Shown here one piece after another: positions 8,803 to 16,540 of a DNA stretch of 64,000 nucleotides. Where the stretch lies: positions 7,134 to 71,133 of the forward strand of contig JAGYML010000001.1 in assembly GCA_018400615.1 (NCBI GenBank). The letters run 5' to 3'. The stretch comes from a bacterium (GTDB lineage Bacteria; Bacillota_I; Bacilli_A; Izemoplasmatales; Izemoplasmataceae). Below the pieces are notes generated by a model that was not told where the DNA came from, made no database searches, and saw only the letters and a list, made by a program, of their open reading frames with translations. The stretch's first letter is position 1. Each line of letters begins with the position of its first letter. A program made the translations under genes and the position numbers.

Positions 8803-9264
8803 ATGAAAAGGGGGATTCGCCAAATGCCAACATCGCCTAAAGCAATCATCAATGAATTGCTTGTAGATGTATTCAATAACATTCTACGCATTGAACAGCA
8901 ACATATGAGACAACAAGGTGTCAAACTCTCCATGAATGAAATCCATGTGCTGGAAGCCATTCAAAAAAGTGAAGATTCGACGATGTCCAACATCGCCAAA
9001 CGTTTGCATGTCACAGTAGGGACCCTTACAACCTCCATGAACCGTTTGGTGGAAAAAGGGTATTGTGAACGCTACAGAACCGATGAGGACAAAAGAAAGG
9101 TCTTTATTCGCCTGACTAGGCAAGGGAAGGCCGTTTTGAAAATACATGAGACTTTTCATGAAGAAATGATTGATGCAGTCATTGAAGATATGCATCTTGA
9201 AGATAATGCAGTGCTTATCGATTCCCTTGAAAAGCTCACTGATTATTTCAAAAACAAGTATTAA
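8803..9264 (+). CDS. MarR family transcriptional regulator
   Basis: Winged-helix pattern 'LSMNEIHVLEAI...MSNIAKRLHVTVGTLTTSMNRLVEKGY'. The true start may be the internal ATG at 8824, which has a better RBS (aaggggga). Confidence 0.85.
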   Translation: MKRGIRQMPTSPKAIINELLVDVFNNILRIEQQHMRQQGVKLSMNEIHVLEAIQKSEDSTMSNIAKRLHVTVGTLTTSMNRLVEKGYCERYRTDEDKRKVFIRLTRQGKAVLKIHETFHEEMIDAVIEDMHLEDNAVLIDSLEKLTDYFKNKY

Positions 9265-9280
9265 TGCTTGGAGGGAAAGT

Positions 9281-9619
9281 ATGGCAACCATCAGTTCGGA
9301 TGTCTTAAGGGGTCATTTGGAAAGTGTTATTTTGACGTTAATCAAGGAAAAAGACCGTTATGCCTATGAAATCGCCAATGAAATACGCACAAGAACAGAA
9401 GAATCCTTTTCCGTCAAAGAGGCGACGCTTTATGCCATGGTCCAAAGACTTGAAAGAAAAGAACTCATACAGTCCTACATTGGAAGCAAGTCCCATGGAA
9501 GACAAAGACGCTATTATACGTTGACACCTTTGGGCAGAGCCTATTATCAGGAAAAAAAGCTCGAATGGTACGAGCTTAAAAATCTTATGTCAGTTTTTCT
9601 GGAGGATAATCATGAATAA
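9281..9619 (+). CDS. PadR family transcriptional regulator
   Basis: 'LESVILTLIKEKDRYAYEIANEI...LYAMVQRLERKELI...RRYYTLTPLG'. The ATG at 9281 is preceded by ggaggga. The ORF-track extension from 9170 overlaps marR. Confidence 0.85.
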   Translation: MATISSDVLRGHLESVILTLIKEKDRYAYEIANEIRTRTEESFSVKEATLYAMVQRLERKELIQSYIGSKSHGRQRRYYTLTPLGRAYYQEKKLEWYELKNLMSVFLEDNHE

Positions 9620-10028
9620 GAGACTTGACGATTTCGTGAAAAAAATCTTCAAAAACAGACAGTACGATGACTCTGCCAAAGAAAGTCTGAGGACGTTTCT
9701 TTATGAAAAAGTCGAGGATTTGAAAGATCAGGGCTACAGCGAAGAAGACGCCGTCACTAAAACCATAGATGAATTCGGGGATCCTGAAGAAATCTATTTG
9801 AAAGATTTGGAAGAACCGCATTCACAGAATTTGAAACTTGAAAAGAAACGCACCAAAAACGCCCTCCTTTTCTCGTTTTTGAGCAGCATGCTCATCATCG
9901 CAATCATCATGGTCATAAACTTTGTATTCATACCCGATATAGGACCTTGGTCCATTATATTGGCGCTTGGTCTGCTTTTTTGGCCACTAAGCATTCTTTA
10001 CAAACTCTTAAACAAAAAAGGAGAATAG
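9612..10028 (+). CDS. PadR-associated membrane protein (helical N-terminal 'prefix' domain + 2 TM)
   Basis: '...GYSEEDAVTKTIDEFGDPEEI' is followed by two TM helices. It overlaps the padR stop by 8 nt. Confidence 0.6.
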   Translation: MNKRLDDFVKKIFKNRQYDDSAKESLRTFLYEKVEDLKDQGYSEEDAVTKTIDEFGDPEEIYLKDLEEPHSQNLKLEKKRTKNALLFSFLSSMLIIAIIMVINFVFIPDIGPWSIILALGLLFWPLSILYKLLNKKGE

Positions 10029-10031
10029 TGT

Positions 10032-10904
10032 ATGTCTAAAACCGCTGTCATTGCAGTAAGTACCGGGTGCCTTGATTATGTCGAGATCAATACGAACAAT
10101 CTGTTCATCATTCGCTGTCAAATTGAAATCGGGGAAAATTCCTTCAGAGATTTCGTGGAAATCAACGCAAACGACTTCTATGATCAATTAAAAGAAGACA
10201 CCTCCCTGGTTCCTACCTCATCCATGCCACCGATCGGTGAGATTGATGCAACGCTTCATTCAGTTGAAGATGCAGGGTATGAGTCGGTTATCATCGTAAC
10301 CATATCCTCACAATTGAGTGGCACCTATCAAACGTGTAAAATGGCCAAGAATGCTTATGAAGGCCATTTGGATATTCATGTAGTGGATAGTAAGAATGCC
10401 GCTATTAGTGAAGGCTTCATCACAATCGAGGCCCTTCGGATGATTGAAGAAGGAAGCACGGTCAAAGAAATCGTGCCCTATCTCGAAAAACTCTCACTGA
10501 GTCGCAGACAATACTTCCTGGTGGATAATTTACGCCTTCTTGTGAAAAATGGAAGGTTATCAGGGGCTGCTGGATTTATGGGGCGCATGCTTAAAATCAA
10601 ACCGATTTTGCAGGTGAATGATGAAGGTAAAATCGTGCCATTTGAAAAAGTCCGCACCCTCAACAAGGCCTTGAAAAAAATGGCGGATCAGATTCTATCG
10701 GATCTTGAAGGTAAAGAAAATTTCGTGGTAACCTATGATACATCCGACAATAAAGAAGGCTTTGAATATGTCTTTAACAGAGTGGAAGAAGCGCATCCGA
10801 ATCATACTTACTATGCTGCCCCTATCACACCGGTAATCGGTGCCCATACGGGTATTGGCACGGTTGGTGTTGCCTACTTTGATATGGACAAGGCAAGAAA
10901 ATAA
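10032..10904 (+). CDS. DegV family fatty-acid-binding protein (FakB-like), paralog 2
   Basis: 'TISSQLSGTY', 'LVKNGRLSGAAGFMGRMLKIKPIL' and 'GAHTGIGTVG'. Confidence 0.9.
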   Translation: MSKTAVIAVSTGCLDYVEINTNNLFIIRCQIEIGENSFRDFVEINANDFYDQLKEDTSLVPTSSMPPIGEIDATLHSVEDAGYESVIIVTISSQLSGTYQTCKMAKNAYEGHLDIHVVDSKNAAISEGFITIEALRMIEEGSTVKEIVPYLEKLSLSRRQYFLVDNLRLLVKNGRLSGAAGFMGRMLKIKPILQVNDEGKIVPFEKVRTLNKALKKMADQILSDLEGKENFVVTYDTSDNKEGFEYVFNRVEEAHPNHTYYAAPITPVIGAHTGIGTVGVAYFDMDKARK

Positions 10905-10959
10905 ACAATAAAAGTTGTATTATAAGTTATCCCGTGATAAAATATTAGACGGTGATTTT

Positions 10960-11472
10960 ATGCAGACAAAAAGACTCGTTTTTCTGGCAATTATGCTGGG
11001 GGTCAGTGTGGTCTTGAACATTGTGGAACGCACGGCCATACAAGGGTTCACAGGCCTGCCCATGGTACGACTGGGCCTGGCTAATATCGTAGTGCTCATA
11101 CTGCTTTATACGTACGGCATCAAAGACGCTTTTGGTGTACTCATTATAAGAATCATTCTCGTAGGATTCGTCACGGGGCTTTTCAGTCCCGCATTCTTTC
11201 TCAGTTTGGCGGGAGGCATGGTGGCTTTTTCCTTGATGACTCTTTTCAAAAAGCTTCCGGGCTTCACCATCATCTCAGTCAGTATTATGGGGTCCCTCGG
11301 ACACGCGGTTGGTCAGATATTCATGGCAGTCTTTCTTCTCAATACAGAAGAGATTATCTTCATACTTCCTATCCTTATAGCCATCAGCATTCCAACGGGA
11401 ATCTTCACGGGGATGGTAGCGAGAAAGCTTCTTGAGTCAATGCGTGAACAGTTTACAGCTCACAGCTATTAA
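10960..11472 (+). CDS. Gx transporter family membrane protein (heptaprenyl-diphosphate-synthase-component-I-like fold)
   Basis: 5-TM protein 'LGVSVVLNIVE...VRLGLANIVVLILLY...G'. I chose the ATG at 10960. The ORF-track start at 10915 is a TTG extension. Confidence 0.75.
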   Translation: MQTKRLVFLAIMLGVSVVLNIVERTAIQGFTGLPMVRLGLANIVVLILLYTYGIKDAFGVLIIRIILVGFVTGLFSPAFFLSLAGGMVAFSLMTLFKKLPGFTIISVSIMGSLGHAVGQIFMAVFLLNTEEIIFILPILIAISIPTGIFTGMVARKLLESMREQFTAHSY

Positions 11473-11520
11473 TAATAAAACAAGCCTTGCCGATTATCCG
11501 GCAAGGCTTTTAAATTGCTT

Positions 11521-12597
11521 TTAATTGCGCCATTCCAATAAATATTCGTCAAATCCATCTGATGTTACAATGGAATCGTCTCCCAGATACCAAGTGGCTT
11601 CTACATCCTCTAGGTTATTGATGAAATCCTGTGACTCCTCAGGCTCCATCAAAAAGGCCGCTGTTGAGAGTATGTCACCGATAGACCCATCCTCTATCAG
11701 AAGAGTTACGCTTTTATGGTGATAGGAGGGTTTCAATGTATTGGGGTTAATCAGATGATGATACCTTTGAGAGTCTACTTCATAATAGCGTACGTAATCA
11801 CCGCTTGTGACAAGGGATGATCCCGAATCGAGTTTTACGGCCGCATACCCGGAAGGATTGCTTGGGTTTGTGGGATCAGTGACCCCGATGTGCCAAAGAT
11901 TCGATTCTCTTGTGGGATGGTCGCCATAGATCTCTATGTTTGAGGTGCCGGCATTGATAAGAAAACTTTCGACTTCATCATAGCTTTTCAATAAATCGGA
12001 AAGCTTGTTGGTGGCATAGCCTTTGGCAACCCCTCCAAGATTAAGATTCATATTTTCTTCCATGGTCACTTCATGGGTGTCGCCGTTCAAAGTAATGCCG
12101 TCAATTCCAACATATTCACCTGCAGCATTCAATTCAGCATCTGAAGGCACTTCACAGGTCCCCTGCTCATTGCAGGCTTCCAAATAGTCACTCCAAATAT
12201 CAAGTACGGGTCCCATAGTAATATCAAAATACCCATTGGTGAGTTCATGGTATTCAATGGAAATTTCCAACAATTCAAATAAGGCATCATCTACTTGATG
12301 GGTTTTCGTAGGCGCTTCATTCAGCGTCTTTACATTCGTTACGCCATTGTAGTTATTGTATCGGTCAGCCTGGTTGTGAATGTTTTCAAGCAGGGCTTCA
12401 CTCTTCTCAAATATTTCATCAGTGAGGCTTTCGTCTGTGGTTTCGTCCACGTATATGTCAATGGCAAACATGGAATCAAAATAAGAGGTATAAACATCCG
12501 ATGCCTTTTTGAGAGTTATGTCACTATCGGTATTACCACACGCGTTCAATGTAAAAACCATTAAAGTCAGTGATAAACCAAACATTATTTTTTTCAA
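11521..12597 (-). CDS. apbE: FAD:protein FMN transferase ApbE (Ftp), lipoprotein
   Basis: Lipobox 'FTLNAC', plus 'LGGVAKGYATNK' and 'TSGDYVRYYEVDSQRYHHLINPNT'. Confidence 0.9.
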   Translation of the reverse strand: MKKIMFGLSLTLMVFTLNACGNTDSDITLKKASDVYTSYFDSMFAIDIYVDETTDESLTDEIFEKSEALLENIHNQADRYNNYNGVTNVKTLNEAPTKTHQVDDALFELLEISIEYHELTNGYFDITMGPVLDIWSDYLEACNEQGTCEVPSDAELNAAGEYVGIDGITLNGDTHEVTMEENMNLNLGGVAKGYATNKLSDLLKSYDEVESFLINAGTSNIEIYGDHPTRESNLWHIGVTDPTNPSNPSGYAAVKLDSGSSLVTSGDYVRYYEVDSQRYHHLINPNTLKPSYHHKSVTLLIEDGSIGDILSTAAFLMEPEESQDFINNLEDVEATWYLGDDSIVTSDGFDEYLLEWRN

Positions 12598-12662
12598 AAC
12601 TATCAGTCCTTTCAGCGTGTGTTATTATATCATAATCAATGCAGTGTGGGGGAAATTTGATA

Positions 12663-12690
12663 AAGAAAAAAGAGGCCCGAAGGCCTCTTT
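12663..12690 (-). terminator. Intrinsic terminator downstream of the FMN lipoprotein gene
   Basis: Stem agaggcc (12671-12677) / ggcctct (12682-12688). On the minus strand it is followed by a U-run (plus-strand A-run 12664-12670). Confidence 0.7.
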
Positions 12691-12710
12691 AAACTATAGA
12701 AGGATATTAC

Positions 12711-13730
12711 TTATCTACCTAAAGCCATTTCGAAGGCTTCGATAACATGATCAATTGTGATTGAAACACCTGCTACTGCGTCATCAGGGCTTTCGAATTT
12801 ACCATCTACAATTGAGTAACTTTCGAGTCCTTGATTTTCTACAACTGCATCAGCGACTGCTTGCATTTGTTGTTCCCAAGCCATTTCGCCGTCTACAACG
12901 TTGCCATCTTCATCTCTGTGCATACCGTAATCTCTACCGTAGTCAAGAGACATTTTGGTAGTGATGATGCCTTCTGCTTCGCTACCATGATTCATCATAC
13001 CGTATACGGCAGTTTCAGAATCAGCTGATTTGAAGTATACTACGTCTACAGCAGCGTGAACGATATTGCCTTCTTCATTAACAGCAATGAATGCATGACC
13101 ATTTTGATGACCTTCTGAATATCCGTATTGGATACCAGGAGTGTAGTCGCCTTCGCTATCAAATTCAGGAACGTCGAAGTCTGTAGGTTCTTCGTCGCTT
13201 CCGAGTTCAGCGAGCTCGAGTGCGTTTTCCATTGCAGTGATATAGGCGCTCACTGTGATGGTAACACCCGTAATGGCGTCATCGTCAAATTTGCCATCTG
13301 CAATTGAGTATTCAGGAATACCTTGATTTTCTACTACGTCATCCGCAAGTGCGTCGACTTGATTAACCCAAAGAAGTTTGCCTTCTTCATCAGCTTCACA
13401 GTCGTCGTCTTCATCCGCGTGCATACCGTAGTCGCACCCGTCGTCGAGTGTACGTTTAGTGAGTCCGACATACGTTGTGCTTTCATCTTCCAAATCCCAC
13501 ATAGGGCCTTCAGAATCGCGTTTTGCATATACGCTGTCAATATGAACGTCTTGGATGAATCCTTCAGCATCTACATAGACATACGCAAAACTATTTCTGT
13601 TTCCTTCAGAATAGCCTAGATGAAGTCCTGGTTTATATTCACCAAGTTCTACTGGATCTTCTCCGTCATCACATGCAGCGATTGAGAAAACCATTGTAAG
13701 CATTAATAGTGCACTTAATAATTTTTTCAT
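12711..13730 (-). CDS. Lipoprotein with two tandem FMN-binding-like domains (PplA-like candidate ApbE substrate)
   Basis: Lipobox 'FSIAAC' (Cys20). There is an internal duplication (aa ~32-175 and ~196-339). Each repeat ends in a flavinylation-like motif, 'DAITGVT' (T157) and 'DAVAGVS' (S323). Confidence 0.7.
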   Translation of the reverse strand: MKKLLSALLMLTMVFSIAACDDGEDPVELGEYKPGLHLGYSEGNRNSFAYVYVDAEGFIQDVHIDSVYAKRDSEGPMWDLEDESTTYVGLTKRTLDDGCDYGMHADEDDDCEADEEGKLLWVNQVDALADDVVENQGIPEYSIADGKFDDDAITGVTITVSAYITAMENALELAELGSDEEPTDFDVPEFDSEGDYTPGIQYGYSEGHQNGHAFIAVNEEGNIVHAAVDVVYFKSADSETAVYGMMNHGSEAEGIITTKMSLDYGRDYGMHRDEDGNVVDGEMAWEQQMQAVADAVVENQGLESYSIVDGKFESPDDAVAGVSITIDHVIEAFEMALGR

Positions 13731-13774
13731 GGTTTGTTGCCTCCTAGTTATTTTTGTATTTTTAAACCACTTGT

Positions 13775-13803
13775 ATTATAAGTTTAATGCCAAGGTTTGT
13801 CAA
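13775..13803 (-). promoter_or_regulatory. Consensus sigma-A-type promoter for the di-FMN lipoprotein gene
   Basis: The minus strand reads TTGACA (13803-13798), a 17-nt spacer, then TATAAT (13780-13775). Confidence 0.6.
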
Positions 13804-13864
13804 CAATTTGCGGTAAAAAACTGTATTACAGAAGTACTTAATTTTGGTATGCGAACTAAATGCA

Positions 13865-13894
13865 TTGACCATGGCATGCGTTTATTGGTATGAT
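13865..13894 (+). promoter_or_regulatory. Putative promoter for the NusG-II / DUF1146 genes
   Basis: TTGACC (13865-13870), an 18-nt spacer, then TGgTATGAT (extended -10, 13886-13894). Confidence 0.5.
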
Positions 13895-13921
13895 ATACTA
13901 GATTCACAAGGAGGCGATTGA

Positions 13922-14368
13922 ATGAAGCGCAATGATATAAAATTGATTGCAGTACTGACCATTGTGGCACTTATCAGTGTTGTGGCCGTTCAATTGCTTC
14001 AGCGCAGTCAGTCTTATGATGACGGGATTGCCGTAGTCACGCACGGAAGCACCGAAGTGCTCAGAATTGATCTCAAGGATGGTTCGGCCTTGGTTATGGA
14101 CGAAGAAGAAGTTGTCAGCATCGATGAAGAGGCCGGCATCTATATAGTCAAAGGAAGTTATGGTGACAACAACACAGTCACCATCGGTTACGACAACGCA
14201 AACCACACCGTCCGAGTCCTTGATGAAGTCAGTCCGCAAAACATCTGCCAGAAACAAGGTGAAACCAATACACCTTTGAAACCCTTGACCTGTCTTCCCA
14301 ATGAAGTCGTCATACGCATTGAAACCCCGCTTCCTGCACCAGACGATGATGATGCCATCATCTATTAA
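13922..14368 (+). CDS. NusG domain II-containing membrane-anchored protein
   Basis: An N-terminal TM anchor, then 'SPQNICQKQGETNTPLKPLTCLPNEVVIRIE', which matches the NusG_II 'CPdqiC..G.I....ivCLPn.lvI' pattern. RBS aaggagg lies upstream. Confidence 0.7.
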   Translation: MKRNDIKLIAVLTIVALISVVAVQLLQRSQSYDDGIAVVTHGSTEVLRIDLKDGSALVMDEEEVVSIDEEAGIYIVKGSYGDNNTVTIGYDNANHTVRVLDEVSPQNICQKQGETNTPLKPLTCLPNEVVIRIETPLPAPDDDDAIIY

Positions 14369-14388
14369 AGTTTTTAAGGAGGAATACC

Positions 14389-14610
14389 ATGGACCCACTT
14401 GCACTTGCCATTTTCGAAGGTTTGCTATTTTTTATCATCTTTGCGATTACATTCAGGTCTCTCATGAGTATGGATATTAGTCCTATATTCAAAAAAGGCT
14501 CAATCCGTGAAATGCAGTTTATTTATATTTTCATGAGTATTGCAATTACTTATCTCGTACTCAAGGCCATCATGAACCTGGTTACGATTTCCATCACGAT
14601 TCTAGGCTAA
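14389..14610 (+). CDS. Small 2-TM membrane protein, DUF1146 (YwzB)-like
   Basis: 73 aa. 'SMDISPIFKKGSIREMQFIYIFMSIAI' resembles the YwzB 'vniDplikKgkv.qarll.ilL.iai' pattern. RBS aggagga lies upstream. Confidence 0.5.
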   Translation: MDPLALAIFEGLLFFIIFAITFRSLMSMDISPIFKKGSIREMQFIYIFMSIAITYLVLKAIMNLVTISITILG

Positions 14611-14611
14611 A

Positions 14612-14645
14612 TAAAAAATGCGAAAATTTTTCGCATTTTTTTTAT
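14612..14645. terminator. Bidirectional intrinsic terminator
   Basis: aaaaaatgcgaaaatttttcgcattttttt: the stem atgcgaaa / tttcgcat is flanked by A- and T-runs. It lies between convergent genes. Confidence 0.7.
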
Positions 14646-15266
14646 TTAAAGATATTCAAGTCTGGTCTCAAGTACGCTGATATCCGATTGATCACTGGTT
14701 TTCTCTTTGAGGTCAGCCTTTAAGGGTTCAATGGTTTCTTCTCTAAGTGTCACTATGAAATGGGCGCTTGAATCATAGCGTCTCTCAATTGAGTGGGTGT
14801 GGCTTTCAAGTTCGTGCTCGATTACTCCAATTAAATCGAAAGGGATGGTGATTTCAAGTGTCACAAGCGTGACAGGCTTTGTTTTTACAGCCTTCTCCAG
14901 TGCCCCTGACGCCGCTTTTCCATAAGCGCGAATAAGGCCACCTGCCCCAAGTTTGATCCCCCCGAAATAACGGACGACCACTATGATGATATTGGTCATG
15001 GTGTTCTTTTTCAGAGTTTCCAAGATGGGCATCCCTGCGGTTTTCGAAGGTTCGCCGTCATCCTCGGCCTTTTGAACAATGCCTTCGTCTCCGAGACTAT
15101 AGGCAAAACAGTGATGATTGGCGTCAGGATGGGCCTTTTTGATTTTTGATAAAAAGCCCTGCGCTTCATCTTTCGTAAATACCGGCTTCGCGTAGGACAA
15201 AAACCTGGAATGCTTGATGACGATTTCTTCTTGTACTTCCTTTTTTATGCTGTACATGCGTATCAC
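14646..15266 (-). CDS. yigZ: YigZ / IMPACT family protein (UPF0029)
   Basis: 'IKHSRFLSYAKPV...DANHHCFAY...DDGEPSKTAGMPIL...VVVRYFGGIKLGAGGLIRAY'. Confidence 0.85.
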   Translation of the reverse strand: MIRMYSIKKEVQEEIVIKHSRFLSYAKPVFTKDEAQGFLSKIKKAHPDANHHCFAYSLGDEGIVQKAEDDGEPSKTAGMPILETLKKNTMTNIIIVVVRYFGGIKLGAGGLIRAYGKAASGALEKAVKTKPVTLVTLEITIPFDLIGVIEHELESHTHSIERRYDSSAHFIVTLREETIEPLKADLKEKTSDQSDISVLETRLEYL

Positions 15267-15355
15267 CCAAATCCATCATAGCATTTTTTTGACGATTAAG
15301 GTCTATAGATGGAAAAAACCCTTGATTTATAGTATAATTCACATGGTGAATAATT

Positions 15356-16540
15356 ATGACAAAGTTACACGAAAACGGCATTGAAATCCTGAAAAGATTG
15401 AATGACGCTTCTTTTGAAGCGTATTTTGTCGGTGGGTATGTAAGAGATACGCTCTTGGGCCTTCCCACCAAGGATATTGACATCACCACCAACGCACGAC
15501 CCAAGGATTTGGAAACCCTCTTCAAAAAAGTCATTCCTACAGGCGCGGCCTTTGGCACGATGAGCGTCATCATGGACGGGGTGGGTTATGAGATTACGAC
15601 CTACCGCAAGGAAACGGTCTATGACAACCATCGCCACCCAAACGCCATTGAGTTTGCGGATACGCTTGAAGAAGATCTCAAAAGGCGTGACTTTACCATC
15701 AACCAGCTGACCATGGACAAAGACGGTCATATTGGCGACAGGTTTGAGGGCTTGAAGGATTTGAGAAAAAAACGTATCAAAACGATTGGTACGCCTGAAG
15801 AGCGATTTTATGAAGATGCACTCAGAATGCTCAGAGCCTTCAGGTTCGTGGCACGTTTGGACTTCTCACTCGAGGAAAACACCTTCAAGGCCATAGAAAA
15901 CCACCGCGAACTCATTAGGAAAATATCCATCGAGCGCATCCAGGAAGAATTGTTCCGACTGTTTGATGCGCCTCATTCACAAAAGGCGCTCAAAGCGATG
16001 GTGAAAAGCCAGGTTCATGAAACGCTTTTCGGCTTGGAAAAAGGCATCGAAATTCTAAGCGAAACGTCAATGGCCTTTCAAAAGGAAGTGGCCTTTGCCT
16101 GCTTGAGTCTTTTCAGGGATTTAACCCAAGGCCCTTGGAAATTGTCCAAGAAGTTTACACAAGAAATCAAAGCCATAAAGGCATTGCATGAAAAAACCAT
16201 GAACAAGGCTTTTACAGCCATGGATGTATTCACTTATACAGTGCCCATTGCCCACAAGGCCAATACTTTGAATCAGATGCTTGGAGCCAAGGATCAAGCC
16301 ACGGATATCGACATGCTTGATAAAAGACTCCCGATTCGTTCCCCTAAGGCCTTGAACATCAAGGGCAGTGACATATCTAAATACGTGCCCATCTCCCACA
16401 ATAAACAAATAAGCCTCATATTGAACAGGTTGCTTGAAGAGGTAGTGGAAAGAAAGATAGATAATACCTACGAAACGCTTTTGAAACGTGCCCATGAACA
16501 CTTAAATATTATTGAATGGAGTCATAAAAATGGAAAATAG
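15356..16540 (+). CDS. cca: CCA-adding tRNA nucleotidyltransferase
   Basis: 'YFVGGYVRDTLLGLPTKDIDITT', 'RRDFTINQL' and 'EDALRMLRAFRF'. Confidence 0.9.
   Translation: MTKLHENGIEILKRLNDASFEAYFVGGYVRDTLLGLPTKDIDITTNARPKDLETLFKKVIPTGAAFGTMSVIMDGVGYEITTYRKETVYDNHRHPNAIEFADTLEEDLKRRDFTINQLTMDKDGHIGDRFEGLKDLRKKRIKTIGTPEERFYEDALRMLRAFRFVARLDFSLEENTFKAIENHRELIRKISIERIQEELFRLFDAPHSQKALKAMVKSQVHETLFGLEKGIEILSETSMAFQKEVAFACLSLFRDLTQGPWKLSKKFTQEIKAIKALHEKTMNKAFTAMDVFTYTVPIAHKANTLNQMLGAKDQATDIDMLDKRLPIRSPKALNIKGSDISKYVPISHNKQISLILNRLLEEVVERKIDNTYETLLKRAHEHLNIIEWSHKNGK

Noticed and set aside
9170-9280. N-terminal extension of the PadR ORF (ORF-track start 9170); similar extensions at 10915, 23077, 28637, 30622, 43875, 22989
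   Set aside because: These extensions overlap upstream genes or lack an RBS. Internal ATGs with good Shine-Dalgarno spacing begin exactly where family similarity starts.
10905-14388. FMN riboswitch or other riboswitch controlling the flavin module
   Set aside because: The intergenic regions are short (about 55, 113 and 191 nt) and are accounted for by promoters and terminators. I recognised no conserved FMN-aptamer sequence.
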